The translations under genes and the position numbers were made by a program. A DNA stretch of 64,000 nt from a virus, in IMG/VR virus record IMGVR_UViG_3300010883_024574, positions 1-64,000 of that record. One strand, 5' to 3'. Below, piece after piece: positions 24,401 to 34,274 of this stretch. The notes under the pieces were generated by a model. It saw nothing but the letters and a program-made list of their open reading frames with translations, did no database searches and was not told where the DNA came from. Every line of letters begins with the position of its first letter. Positions within the stretch are counted from its first letter, which is position 1.

Positions 24401-27400
24401 ATGTATAAAGGTTCCAGAATAAATACATTTTTTAAACTGCTTAAGATTGCTAGCGATAGCTTGGAGTCTAAGTTTGTAGCTTTTATGCTAAGGAATAGTT
24501 TTACAGACTTTGAGGCAGAAGACGAAGAAGAAGACTCTTTGGAGGAATCTTTTTTAAAGCTGATGGAAGAAGCTGATGTTAATGATTTAAATCATGCTGG
24601 TGCAATTATATTTTGGATACTGAATGATAAGCTGCCAGAGCAAAAGCGCATCGGGTTTGCAGAGGACTTGTTCCATAAGTTGATAAGTGATAATTATTAT
24701 GGTTTAAACAAACTCTCTGTTGCTTTAAGGCAGCTGGCTTCGGGAAGATATGGCGGCAATAGTCAGTCAGTTTTTAATGCTATTATTACCTCTGGAAAAT
24801 TTAAAGACGATTTGGACAGCAAGACTGATGGAGGGATAGACTATAATAATTATGCTATTTTTAGCGCTGTAGAGTTAAAGCCATATTTCATAAATAAATA
24901 TACTTCTGCAACAAACACTGTTTTTGATACACTTCTTTCAGATGAAGACATAGGTTGGGAAGGGCCACAAGAGCTTGTAAAAGTTTTAGAAGCTGTGGCT
25001 CGCACAGAGGATGATGCTAAGAGAGCAATTTTTAATATAGTTAAAGATAAAATATCTTTATTGGTGGATAAATTTGAAGAGATAAATTATATATATAACA
25101 AAGAAGCGATGATCGAAGTACTTTTGAACACATTTGAAGGGATGCTTGATCAAGGCATATTGGAGAGATTAAATAAGCTTTTTGTCAAATCAGACAGAGT
25201 ATCTCCAACTGGAGGAAAGCGAACAGAGCTATATGTTGAGGAGATTAAGGCGGCTGTAGCAAGAAGCGATTTGCATAGACTGTATGAACTGGATATAGAT
25301 AGATACCTTCCAAGGTATGAGAGAAGTATGGTAGATCACATTATCGAAGGAGCATCGTCAGGCTCTCTTGGCTTTGTTGACGCTGAGTACATGGAAGAGA
25401 AGATTTTAAGAACATTCTTTTCTAAAGACTTGAATATAAAATTTCCAGAAATTTTTGATAAAGTAATTAGATTAGTTGTAAATAAAATGCCAAAGAAATT
25501 TTTAGGCATATCTAGTTGGTATAGAGCGCCAGATGGAATTCGATTGCACGATCTCGACAAGGATCAAGGACAAAAAGATGAATTCTTAAAGGAGGCCCTT
25601 AGAGGCTTGCTGCTTGTTGACACTGGTGATTTTATAAGCCTTTTCGATAGAGCCAAAGCAGACGGAACTGTTGAGATAGATACGGGGGTAGTTGTTTCCT
25701 TTGATACCTTCGACGGAATACTCAACGAAGCAGTTATGGACAGAGAGGCATTAGATAATATTAGTTCGGATAGTTTGGAGGTTTTATTTAGAAGTATTAT
25801 TGGTCACTCAGACCCAGATATGGCGACTGCTATTAATATATTTGAAAACTTAATGTCAAGAATGGATGAAGATGTTTGCGAGAAGATCATTGGTTCTTTG
25901 TATTATATGGAATCAGATCAACAAAAAGAGTTTTTTGGGAAAAAGATTGCAAAAGTAATTGACGAAAATATGGATAAACATTATAAGTGTTATATAAAAA
26001 ATAGCTACAAGGTAAATAGACATTTGGATAAGGGTGTTTCAGACAGAATGGACAGAAGAGCGTTGGAGGCAGTTATAGATGCCAAGGATAGCGTTACATA
26101 CTTTGACCATTTTTATGACAATTACACCAGAGGATATAGGTATGCATTAATTCCCGAGCCTTTTAGAAATTCTATAAAAAGGCTTGAGAAGATTATAAAT
26201 ATAGATGATGCAAAAGAAATATACAGTAATTCACATAATGATATCGAAGTAGAGGTCACTTCAGGTTCTAGGATTAAATATTCTGGCTATCAAGACCAGC
26301 AGAGACCGGCAGAGCTAAGTGAAAACAACATACCCAGATATGAGTTAACGCATGATAATATTGATCCTAATACTATTATGTATGATATAAATAAAAATCA
26401 TGTTAGTGCTGCAGACTTTGTGATGCATGTAAATTTAGGAAGCTCTGGCTTCACAACTGCTTGGGCTCTTATCTCTTTCCCAGAGGATAAATTACTTATT
26501 GAGCAGATACAATCAGATTATCCAGTTGTATTAGATAGGATCTTTAACAGGATGCCTCCAACCAAGAAGACATATAGTTCTATTTCTTACAAAGATAAGG
26601 AGACTGGAGCTAGGTTTGAATTAAATTATGACGAAGAAGGTGCTGGAGTTTTTCTTGATTTAAAAGGAAATATTAAGCCAAGCGAAAGAGAAGAGGCTAA
26701 AGAGCCTCTGGTAAGTCTCAAGGTGCGAGATAGTATGAATGGAGGCATTTTACACATAATGTCTGATCAAGAGTTTAACTCATATAAAGATAGGGTTAAA
26801 GTTTTTGAGGAAATTATTAGCAATTGGGATTCAACCGAGGACAAAAAGATAAAGGCCCAACAAGACGCGGGGGTTGTATACAGAGCAAGGTCTAAGAAGA
26901 TTAGAACAGCACTTGATGACTTGGGGCTTATTCCCGCAGGTCTTTATGCCTTAAACGAAAACTATTCAGAAGAAGATCAGAAGGATGCAAAAAAACATAT
27001 TGATATTATATCGCAAAACTATCCATATTTAATTGTTATAAACGCAATGAAGACAGCTCAAAGGATGGATAAAGAGTTTATATATCTCTTAAAAGATGGC
27101 GGCGGATCTATACAAAATAGGCATAAAAGAAAGAAGATATATGTTGATATCCCTAATGCTTTGGGGGCAACTTCTGATAAAATTTTAGATTTAAATGTTT
27201 TTAAAATTTCTGCAACAGATGAAAGCATTGCAAAAGTAAAAGAAATGCTTCCAATAAGAAAGACTCATGGGTATGATTACTCGTTACTGCCTTCTCAGAA
27301 TAGAGCTATAATACAGAGAAGACAGGATGAGACTAGAGAGGCTCGTCGCTCAGAACAAGACAAGCGAGACATACAGCTTAGTCGGGATCAGATAATGCCT

Positions 27401-27730
27401 GTGCTAAAACTGTTTGATGAGTATGGAGTAGAGGTGTCGTCAGAAGAGATAGATCGCGTTGATACTGCCGGAGATCTCTTGAGGCTTATTGGCAAGTACA
27501 GGGGAGAGTTGAAGGGCGCTGGGGTAAGCAAGAGGCGGTTAAACAAAGTTCAATCGGAAGTTGCGCGACTAAGGCTTGCTGAAATTATAGAAGAATTTGG
27601 GCTCAAAAAGATTGGTATGGATAAAGCAATCCCTCTTTATAGTATGTTAATTAAATATGAACTAAATAAAGAAGCAGAAGAATTGTATAATATGTTTGAG
27701 AAAGTAATTGATAATAAAATCTATTATTAA
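24401..27730 (+). CDS. large helical protein, putative virion/ejected protein
   Basis: 1109 aa; internal LLIEQIQSD motif; C-terminal copy of the shared helical motif. Confidence 0.7.
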   Translation: MYKGSRINTFFKLLKIASDSLESKFVAFMLRNSFTDFEAEDEEEDSLEESFLKLMEEADVNDLNHAGAIIFWILNDKLPEQKRIGFAEDLFHKLISDNYYGLNKLSVALRQLASGRYGGNSQSVFNAIITSGKFKDDLDSKTDGGIDYNNYAIFSAVELKPYFINKYTSATNTVFDTLLSDEDIGWEGPQELVKVLEAVARTEDDAKRAIFNIVKDKISLLVDKFEEINYIYNKEAMIEVLLNTFEGMLDQGILERLNKLFVKSDRVSPTGGKRTELYVEEIKAAVARSDLHRLYELDIDRYLPRYERSMVDHIIEGASSGSLGFVDAEYMEEKILRTFFSKDLNIKFPEIFDKVIRLVVNKMPKKFLGISSWYRAPDGIRLHDLDKDQGQKDEFLKEALRGLLLVDTGDFISLFDRAKADGTVEIDTGVVVSFDTFDGILNEAVMDREALDNISSDSLEVLFRSIIGHSDPDMATAINIFENLMSRMDEDVCEKIIGSLYYMESDQQKEFFGKKIAKVIDENMDKHYKCYIKNSYKVNRHLDKGVSDRMDRRALEAVIDAKDSVTYFDHFYDNYTRGYRYALIPEPFRNSIKRLEKIINIDDAKEIYSNSHNDIEVEVTSGSRIKYSGYQDQQRPAELSENNIPRYELTHDNIDPNTIMYDINKNHVSAADFVMHVNLGSSGFTTAWALISFPEDKLLIEQIQSDYPVVLDRIFNRMPPTKKTYSSISYKDKETGARFELNYDEEGAGVFLDLKGNIKPSEREEAKEPLVSLKVRDSMNGGILHIMSDQEFNSYKDRVKVFEEIISNWDSTEDKKIKAQQDAGVVYRARSKKIRTALDDLGLIPAGLYALNENYSEEDQKDAKKHIDIISQNYPYLIVINAMKTAQRMDKEFIYLLKDGGGSIQNRHKRKKIYVDIPNALGATSDKILDLNVFKISATDESIAKVKEMLPIRKTHGYDYSLLPSQNRAIIQRRQDETREARRSEQDKRDIQLSRDQIMPVLKLFDEYGVEVSSEEIDRVDTAGDLLRLIGKYRGELKGAGVSKRRLNKVQSEVARLRLAEIIEEFGLKKIGMDKAIPLYSMLIKYELNKEAEELYNMFEKVIDNKIYY

Positions 27731-27743
27731 GAAGGAATAGAAT

Positions 27744-28841
27744 ATGATTACGAAAGTAGCTCAACCTCCTTGGTGGCCCAAAGTTCTTTCTGGTATAAGA
27801 AAGATTACGAACCTTCCTCCGGAGGTGAGAGGTCTTATAGACGCCCCTCAGAGGCTCGTCTTTCATCAAGCGACTCCTGCCGGGGCAGATTCTATGGCAA
27901 AGGGGTATGTATCAACAGAGGATTCAGATGATGATGGCAACCTCGATACAGTTAATTTGGTTGTTACAAATATGGAAAAGGAGATACCATCTGACCTGCT
28001 AACCGGAATAAATCAGATGGACGAAACAGATCCGAATTTTCAGGAAATTGTATCTAATATAGCTAAGACTTTGGTTCATGAGTTAGCTCATATAGAAGAC
28101 TATGATCCCGATAGAGGATTTGCAGGAGGAGAGCCTGTGGCAGAATCAAAAGAAAGGTCTTTTAATCCGATTTTTGCACATTCTACTACTAATAAAAATA
28201 TTGGTAATGATAGTATTATCAAACTGAACTCTAAGGGAGAACTTAAAATGACCAAAGACATAATTAAACTAGCTAATCATTTAGATCAAATTGGGCATAA
28301 AGATTTGGCAGACAGACTTGACTCCATCATCAAAGCTGCGCAAGAGCTTCCTTGGGAAGAGCAACCACCGGCACTGATAGATTTAGAGGTCGGAGAGAAA
28401 CCTGCAAATGAGGTGGCAGAAGATTGTGGCGCAGAAGGCTGCATAACTGGTCCGACTGGCATTGTGTTTTCGCTGGGGCACAAGTGTTTTAAAGACAAAA
28501 AGGACCACAGCCTGGGCACGAAAGATTGTTATCAGATTGTAAGTACTGGTGATTCAAAGGCGGCTGGCATTGAACAGTGGGAAGGAATGTTTTTTAGTGG
28601 AGACCATAGGGCATTAATGCAAGAGCTTAGTAGTGCTAGAGAATGGGTCGCACAAAAGGAGAGAGCGAGTGGCGCTGAACAGCCAAATATGACCAATACT
28701 ACTGGCTCTCCAGACCTTGTTGATGACTCAGATGATTATTTAGCAGCAGGTCAAACTACTCAAGATAAGATTAATAAGTTAGCAGAGTTAATGGCGGGCG
28801 AGTTAAGCTCGGGAACCCCAGGGTCTTTCTACCGTAGATAA
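27744..28841 (+). CDS. HExxH zincin-like domain joined to a second module that has its own in-frame start at 28248
   Basis: TLVHELAHIED; internal AAGGGAGA-7 nt-ATG giving MTKDIIKLANHLD. Confidence 0.7.
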   Translation: MITKVAQPPWWPKVLSGIRKITNLPPEVRGLIDAPQRLVFHQATPAGADSMAKGYVSTEDSDDDGNLDTVNLVVTNMEKEIPSDLLTGINQMDETDPNFQEIVSNIAKTLVHELAHIEDYDPDRGFAGGEPVAESKERSFNPIFAHSTTNKNIGNDSIIKLNSKGELKMTKDIIKLANHLDQIGHKDLADRLDSIIKAAQELPWEEQPPALIDLEVGEKPANEVAEDCGAEGCITGPTGIVFSLGHKCFKDKKDHSLGTKDCYQIVSTGDSKAAGIEQWEGMFFSGDHRALMQELSSAREWVAQKERASGAEQPNMTNTTGSPDLVDDSDDYLAAGQTTQDKINKLAELMAGELSSGTPGSFYRR

Positions 28842-28865
28842 TATAAGGATATAAGGATAAATAAA

Positions 28866-30236
28866 ATGCAAAAAACACTTCAAGAAAGCCTCATTGGGCT
28901 GGCAAACCATTTAGATGATAAAGGTTACTTAAAACTTGCAGATCAAGTTGATTCCATTGTAAAGATGGCTCAGACTACCGATGATGATGATTCGGCAACC
29001 GATGATGATGATTCGGCAACAGATCCTAATGCAGCAGCAGCAACAGATCCTAATGCAGCAGCAGCAACAGATCCTAATGCAGCAACAGATCCTAATGCAG
29101 CAGCAGATCCTAATGCAGCAGCAGATCCTAATGCAGCAGCAGATCCTAATGCAGCAGCAGATCCTAATGCAGCAACAGCAACAGATCCTAATGCAGCAAC
29201 AGATCCTAATGCAGCAACAGATCCTAATGCAGCAACAGATCCTAATGCAGCAGCAGCAACAACAGATCCTAATGCAGGTACAGGGTCCGCACCAACAATG
29301 ACCGCAGAGAACTTTCATGAAGCAGGCCAGGGTTATGCAGATACTTATTCAGAGCAATTGGTTGCAGCCAATGGAAAATGGGACTTTGTTCTCAAGGGAT
29401 ATGGCAACAGGGATTGGTTAGTAAAAGGGCCTAATGAAGTTTGGCTCTATTCTCCAGGTATGTCAGGCACACCATCTAAGTTTACTGCTACTTATGCAAA
29501 GAGATATGCAAAACGACAGTTTGAGGGCAATCCGGATAAAGCGCCATTAAATTGGGATCAGATGGTGAAAAACCTAAACAGTCATACAGACAATGTTAAA
29601 GACGAAGGCCCTGGCTCTATAGTTTTTCAGGCTAGAGAGCCTCTTGCAGACGAGACAGATCCGGCTGGAAACCCGTGGGGTGAGGACGCTCAACAGGCAA
29701 GAGAAACAGCGTCTAGAGATTCTCATCAGACTGATGCAGAGAAGGCTATTGCAAGAAGTCAAGCCCCAGCAGAAGAGGCAGATGAAACAGCAGCCGCAGC
29801 CGCCACAGCAGCGCCAGACGGTGAAGCATTGACTCGCAGCTTAAAAGCAGAGAACCAAAGAGCTTTTAGAACTGCTGCAAATAATATTCGCAGAGGACAG
29901 GTGTGGACCCAACGGAAGGCGATTGGCAAAGTAACTTTGCCTCACAATAGTCCTGAAAAACGAAACGCAAAGGCAAGAGAGATATTATTATCAGCTGTTA
30001 ACGAATTACCAGATGTTACAGACAAAGGTGCTGCGGTAGAAAGCATGTTTAACTATCTCGAAACCTGGCTGAGAGACCCCAATGCTGAAGCCGAAGTAGC
30101 TGAAGCACTCGACGGGTTACTTTCAGAGGACGGGTTACTTTCAGATGCAGAGTATCAAGGTTATAGAATAGAAAAGACAGCAGAAAAGCTTTCACAATTA
30201 TTTAGCGTTCAAGACATACCATCCGTAAGGAGGTAA
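28866..30236 (+). CDS. repeat-containing protein with N-terminal LANHLD motif, putative virion protein
   Basis: LIGLANHLDDKGYLKLADQVD followed by (T/A)DPNAA repeats. Confidence 0.75.
   Translation: MQKTLQESLIGLANHLDDKGYLKLADQVDSIVKMAQTTDDDDSATDDDDSATDPNAAAATDPNAAAATDPNAATDPNAAADPNAAADPNAAADPNAAADPNAATATDPNAATDPNAATDPNAATDPNAAAATTDPNAGTGSAPTMTAENFHEAGQGYADTYSEQLVAANGKWDFVLKGYGNRDWLVKGPNEVWLYSPGMSGTPSKFTATYAKRYAKRQFEGNPDKAPLNWDQMVKNLNSHTDNVKDEGPGSIVFQAREPLADETDPAGNPWGEDAQQARETASRDSHQTDAEKAIARSQAPAEEADETAAAAATAAPDGEALTRSLKAENQRAFRTAANNIRRGQVWTQRKAIGKVTLPHNSPEKRNAKAREILLSAVNELPDVTDKGAAVESMFNYLETWLRDPNAEAEVAEALDGLLSEDGLLSDAEYQGYRIEKTAEKLSQLFSVQDIPSVRR
28977..29276 (+). repeat. coding tandem repeat: 2x TDDDDSA, then 13x DPN units with variable Ala/Thr spacers
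   Basis: invariant GATCCTAATGCA core separated by GCA/ACA triplets. Confidence 0.95.
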
Positions 30237-30237
30237 T

Positions 30238-32607
30238 ATGGAGGAAGAGAAAGAAGAGCTTTCTCTTCTAGATCTAATAAGTTACCATGAGACTGGCCCC
30301 GTTCTTAAGGAGCGGCCAAATGATGTTCTTAGAACCCCGTCTCATCCTGAAGAGTTAAACTTTAATTATGTTGACGACGACGAAATCCCGTGCAAAAGCT
30401 TGACAAGAAAAGCAAAACTTGCAAAGATGCAAAAGAAAGCCTTGGGGTTAACAGATATTCCCGGAGGAAGTCCTCCCGGAGCACAGGGCTATAGACCAAG
30501 ATCTAGCTATGAACAACAAGATTTTCAAACATCCCACACCACAGGTTTCGGTGGACCATCAGTTATAGATGTTGAGGAGGATAAGCCTCCGTCAAATATC
30601 AACAGAAGGCAGCGAAAGAAACCTATTAATATTTCGTTTAAAACTGAGACAGATAACTTTTTTAGTTTCTTAGAGACCGGCAGATTAAGAAGAAGAAGGA
30701 AAAGGGTAGGAGCCACTATGAACACAGAACAAAGAGAATTAACCAAGCTTGCTAAAGCCTTAAGGCTTTCTGGCTATAACGAACAGGCTGGCGCAATAAT
30801 AAGGTTGGCAGCAGGAGGCTTTGCCCCAGATCCTTTGAGTTCCGAAAAAGCAGATTGGGTTTCTGCCGTAACAGCTGCAACTGACGTAATAACCAAGCCC
30901 CCGATGAGCCTAGGTCCAGATGCAGAAACTGCAGCAGATACACATGGTGCAAAAGCATTGTTTGATGCTTATATCTCTCACCTTCTGACCCGGGTGAAGA
31001 CGAGGCTTGAGACCAGCGCGTCTGGGGGACTCCACCAGTGTAACCCATCGGCAGCTCCACTCGTACCCTGCGGGCTAACCTCTACTCAGGTTTCGGCTAT
31101 ACATTCTGCCCTAGAAACAGCGTGGAAAGCTTTTAGCATTGATTCTTATAAACCTGGCGATTTAAACAACTCTTTCGTTGGTGCTTTTGATTCAAACAAG
31201 GGGCTTTCATCGGGTGAGAGTGGTATAGCATGGCTAAGCGGTGGTAAGATATATGACAAAAAGGCCGATGCTAACTTGGTATTGCTTCAAGAATTAAAAA
31301 AGAAAGAGAAAGGCGGCGCCGTAGGAGGCTCTGGAAAAGGCTCTGGAAAAGGCTCTGGAGGAGGCTCTGTAGGAGGCTCTGGAGGAGGCTCTGGAGGTAG
31401 TCGTATGGCAGACTATACAGGGCAATATATCAAGAATAGAGACACAGGTAATGACTTTAGAGATTGGGTTCATTCTTCGGGAAATCTTGAAGCGGTAAAT
31501 GCACAGATTGTAGCTGACAACTCCAAGAGAACAGACGGCCTTGATAAAGGCTCTTCTTCCGCAAGTTGGTCCAATGGTTACATGTGGAGTGCTTGGAAGG
31601 CTGTTGGAGAAAAGTATAAGAGATCTAGAACAGGCAGAGAAAATAAGCCAGAAGGAGAAGGCACAGAGCAAAGAGGTGGCAGTCTAAGCCCTGGGTCTGA
31701 AGATCAAGAGCTTCCACTGAAAGCCTATCTTCAAGCACCTATGGGAAAAGCTCTTGGTGGAGATGAAGTACACAACTTACCATTAGCAGCAAGAAACAGA
31801 TTGCTTAGAGCAGTCGGAAGCGTAGGAAGAACAAGAAGGGATGGCGAAGACCCGCCTATAGTCCCAGCAGATGACGGCTTAAGAGACACTCTATTGAGCG
31901 ATCAGTTCAAAGCACACGTTGAAGAAGCTTATTTTGAAGATGCAGCAGATGATCCTTATTATGGCATTAAGCTTAAAAGACTTATGAGAGATGGTGGCGG
32001 AAGAAGAGGTCGGCGCAGACAGCTGGCTGGAGCCGCAACAGGTGATGGTGGAGAGATCAACAGAAATGATTATGTTATTGCTGGAGACATTTGGTTTAAG
32101 AAGTCAGATGCATCGGTTTGGTTTAAGACTAGTTACCCTGCTGCAAATGCAAAAGAAAAACTACCAGACAACTCTTACACTATAGCCCCAATAGCATCAA
32201 GAGACGGTTGGCCTGGGCAGATCGCTCCATATAATGTGGGGTATTTAGAAGGCTCTGAGAGAAAGGCTATTATAAGCGCATTAGGAGCAGAGTATCCAAC
32301 CCTGACTAATCGCGACTCCTCAAAGTCCGGAGGGCATCTCTTAGAGGCTCTATTCTCTGGCCAGCAACAGGCTACAAGGGGTGGGGTATTTAATACTGAT
32401 TCACACAGAGCAAAGGGCGTTGAGAAAAGAGATAAGGCAAGAAGGGGTTTGCAGAGTCTTCTTACACCCCTTTTGGGGCAAGCTGATCGCGCAGAAGATT
32501 TAAGAGATCTGACCCGGGCAGCGCGGGCTAATGATCATGTTTTGGTATCTATGGGTAATGAGGTCAGAAAAAGAAGGATAAACGCCTTAAGAAAAAATAG
32601 TATTTAA
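30238..32607 (+). CDS. large low-complexity protein with an internal in-frame start at 30718, putative virion protein
   Basis: 789 aa; AGGAG-5 nt-ATG giving MNTEQRELTKLAKAL; Gly/Ser linker. Confidence 0.75.
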   Translation: MEEEKEELSLLDLISYHETGPVLKERPNDVLRTPSHPEELNFNYVDDDEIPCKSLTRKAKLAKMQKKALGLTDIPGGSPPGAQGYRPRSSYEQQDFQTSHTTGFGGPSVIDVEEDKPPSNINRRQRKKPINISFKTETDNFFSFLETGRLRRRRKRVGATMNTEQRELTKLAKALRLSGYNEQAGAIIRLAAGGFAPDPLSSEKADWVSAVTAATDVITKPPMSLGPDAETAADTHGAKALFDAYISHLLTRVKTRLETSASGGLHQCNPSAAPLVPCGLTSTQVSAIHSALETAWKAFSIDSYKPGDLNNSFVGAFDSNKGLSSGESGIAWLSGGKIYDKKADANLVLLQELKKKEKGGAVGGSGKGSGKGSGGGSVGGSGGGSGGSRMADYTGQYIKNRDTGNDFRDWVHSSGNLEAVNAQIVADNSKRTDGLDKGSSSASWSNGYMWSAWKAVGEKYKRSRTGRENKPEGEGTEQRGGSLSPGSEDQELPLKAYLQAPMGKALGGDEVHNLPLAARNRLLRAVGSVGRTRRDGEDPPIVPADDGLRDTLLSDQFKAHVEEAYFEDAADDPYYGIKLKRLMRDGGGRRGRRRQLAGAATGDGGEINRNDYVIAGDIWFKKSDASVWFKTSYPAANAKEKLPDNSYTIAPIASRDGWPGQIAPYNVGYLEGSERKAIISALGAEYPTLTNRDSSKSGGHLLEALFSGQQQATRGGVFNTDSHRAKGVEKRDKARRGLQSLLTPLLGQADRAEDLRDLTRAARANDHVLVSMGNEVRKRRINALRKNSI
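31321..31398 (+). repeat. 12-nt coding tandem repeat encoding a GGGS/GKGS linker
   Basis: ~6.5 copies of G(G/T)A-(GGA/AAA)-GGCTCT. Confidence 0.9.
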
Positions 32608-32640
32608 TTATATTAAAAAAATTAAATCGGTTCTTCCATC

Positions 32641-32675
32641 GAATACCCCATCCTGTATAGGTATGGGGTTTTCTT
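32641..32675 (+). terminator. probable terminator hairpin
   Basis: ACCCCAT...ATGGGGT stem followed by TTTCTT, downstream of the 23980-32607 run. Confidence 0.55.
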
Positions 32676-33263
32676 GTGATAAATATATTTAGTGATAATA
32701 AAAAGAAAAAGAAGAATCCTAAGCATAGCACAAAGAAAAAGCGTAAAACGTCGATAGACTTAGCCGAAAGGGTTAGGGAAAATTTAGATAAACTAAACCC
32801 TATGGTGATCCCGCTGCTTGCAGTAAAGCTTCAAGAGAGTCCCGGCAATGACTTTCTTAAATCTAGTATTTCGGTGATTATGGAAAGACCTCATAGGCTG
32901 ACAGACAAGTGGATCAACTCTCTTAACGGATGGGCAGACTCGATTGCTAAGGCTGTCATGTTAGATGAGCCAGAGGTTGAAGTCGGAACAAGGATAGACC
33001 TCGGCCCTCTTGCAGTTTATAAGGTTGCGAAAGCAAACATGGACTCTGCATATCCTATGCCAGCCATTATCTGTGTTGACGATAGGGGGTGGAAGTGGTA
33101 TTTCAAAACATCAAAAGCTTATGACTTTAGCGTAGGAGAAACCATTACATTTACAGCAAAGGTGTCTGCTCATAAAGAGGGCATTACTTTTCTCAATCGA
33201 CCTAGTAAAATTAAGAAGGTTCTAAATATTCTAATAGAAATCGAAGAGGAAAGTAATGATTAA
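32676..33263 (+). CDS. hypothetical protein with a C-terminal OB-fold-like domain
   Basis: VGETITFTAKVSAH...TFLNRP pattern. Confidence 0.55.
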   Translation: MINIFSDNKKKKKNPKHSTKKKRKTSIDLAERVRENLDKLNPMVIPLLAVKLQESPGNDFLKSSISVIMERPHRLTDKWINSLNGWADSIAKAVMLDEPEVEVGTRIDLGPLAVYKVAKANMDSAYPMPAIICVDDRGWKWYFKTSKAYDFSVGETITFTAKVSAHKEGITFLNRPSKIKKVLNILIEIEEESND

Positions 33264-34272
33264 CAGGGCAGATATTGTAGTTGGGTTGGCATGGGGCGAT
33301 GAAGCAAAGGGTAAGATAACCAGCGAGTTAGCCTCATGTATCGGAGCAGATGGACTTCTTTTTTATGATATGGTTGCAAGATGGGGCGGCGGAAACAACG
33401 CAGGACACACAGTGTATGTGGATGACAAGAAGTATAAAACGCATCTTATTCCATCTGGTATTTTTTATGGAGTCCAATCATTGATTGGCCCCGGCTGTGT
33501 TCTGCATCCAGAGTCTTTTTATAAAGAGCTTGACTACTTATCAGACAACGGCTTTGACACCTCTCTAATCAAGGTTGCTCCAAACTGTCATATTATAACG
33601 GATAAGCACATAGCTTATGACAAGACGCATTTGTCTAAAAGGTTAGGAACAACGGGGAAAGGCATCGGGCCTTGTTATGCAGATAAAGCTGCAAGGATTG
33701 GCTCGATAGCTGTTGAGGTATTAGAGGGTGAGTTTATCTGGGACGAAGTTTTAAGCGGAAACTTGTTATGCGAAGGCGCTCAAGGAGTTTGGCTAGACAT
33801 TGATCAAGGTCTTTACCCGTATGTTACTTCCAGTGTAACCTTACCTTATGGGGCTTGCAGCATTGGGTTTCCTGCTCAAAAGATTAATAAGGTTTGGGGC
33901 GCTGCAAAGATATATGACACAAAGAGTGGCGAAGATCCTAGATTTCCAGCAAGACTTTTAGAAGACCCTGTGCTAAAGTTGCTTGCAGACTTGGGGGAAG
34001 AGTTTGGAGTAACGACGGGAAGGCGAAGAAAGGTGAATTGGCTCAACTTAGACATGCTAATCAAAGCAGTTAACATAACTGGAACCACACATTTAGTTGT
34101 AAGCAAGTGTGATGTTATAGACAGGTTGGGTCATTTTAAGTTGAGTCACGGCGGCAAGTTAGTTAAATTTCTAACCTTAGAGGATATGACCGTCTACATA
34201 GAAAAAAGAATAAGAGAGCTTTCGCCACTCTTGGAGTCTGTTAGATTCTCTTATTCCCCAAAGGAAATTTGA
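33256..34272 (+). CDS. purA: adenylosuccinate synthetase (short form)
   Basis: WGDEAKGK, GGNNAGHT, GTTGKGIGPCYADK, EGAQG..LDID.G.YPYVTSS, EFGVTTGRRR. Confidence 0.96.
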   Translation: MINRADIVVGLAWGDEAKGKITSELASCIGADGLLFYDMVARWGGGNNAGHTVYVDDKKYKTHLIPSGIFYGVQSLIGPGCVLHPESFYKELDYLSDNGFDTSLIKVAPNCHIITDKHIAYDKTHLSKRLGTTGKGIGPCYADKAARIGSIAVEVLEGEFIWDEVLSGNLLCEGAQGVWLDIDQGLYPYVTSSVTLPYGACSIGFPAQKINKVWGAAKIYDTKSGEDPRFPARLLEDPVLKLLADLGEEFGVTTGRRRKVNWLNLDMLIKAVNITGTTHLVVSKCDVIDRLGHFKLSHGGKLVKFLTLEDMTVYIEKRIRELSPLLESVRFSYSPKEI

Positions 34273-34274
34273 TA

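Noticed and set aside
28977-29276. Possible CRISPR array
   Set aside because: Units are 18-27 nt with no unique spacers, and the repeat is in frame within a CDS.
28929-29318. Poly-Cys ORF (CCCIRI)n on the - strand and poly-Gln ORF 28981..29301 on the + strand
   Set aside because: Both are shadow frames of the GCA-rich DPNAA repeat inside 28866..30236, and neither has an evident RBS.
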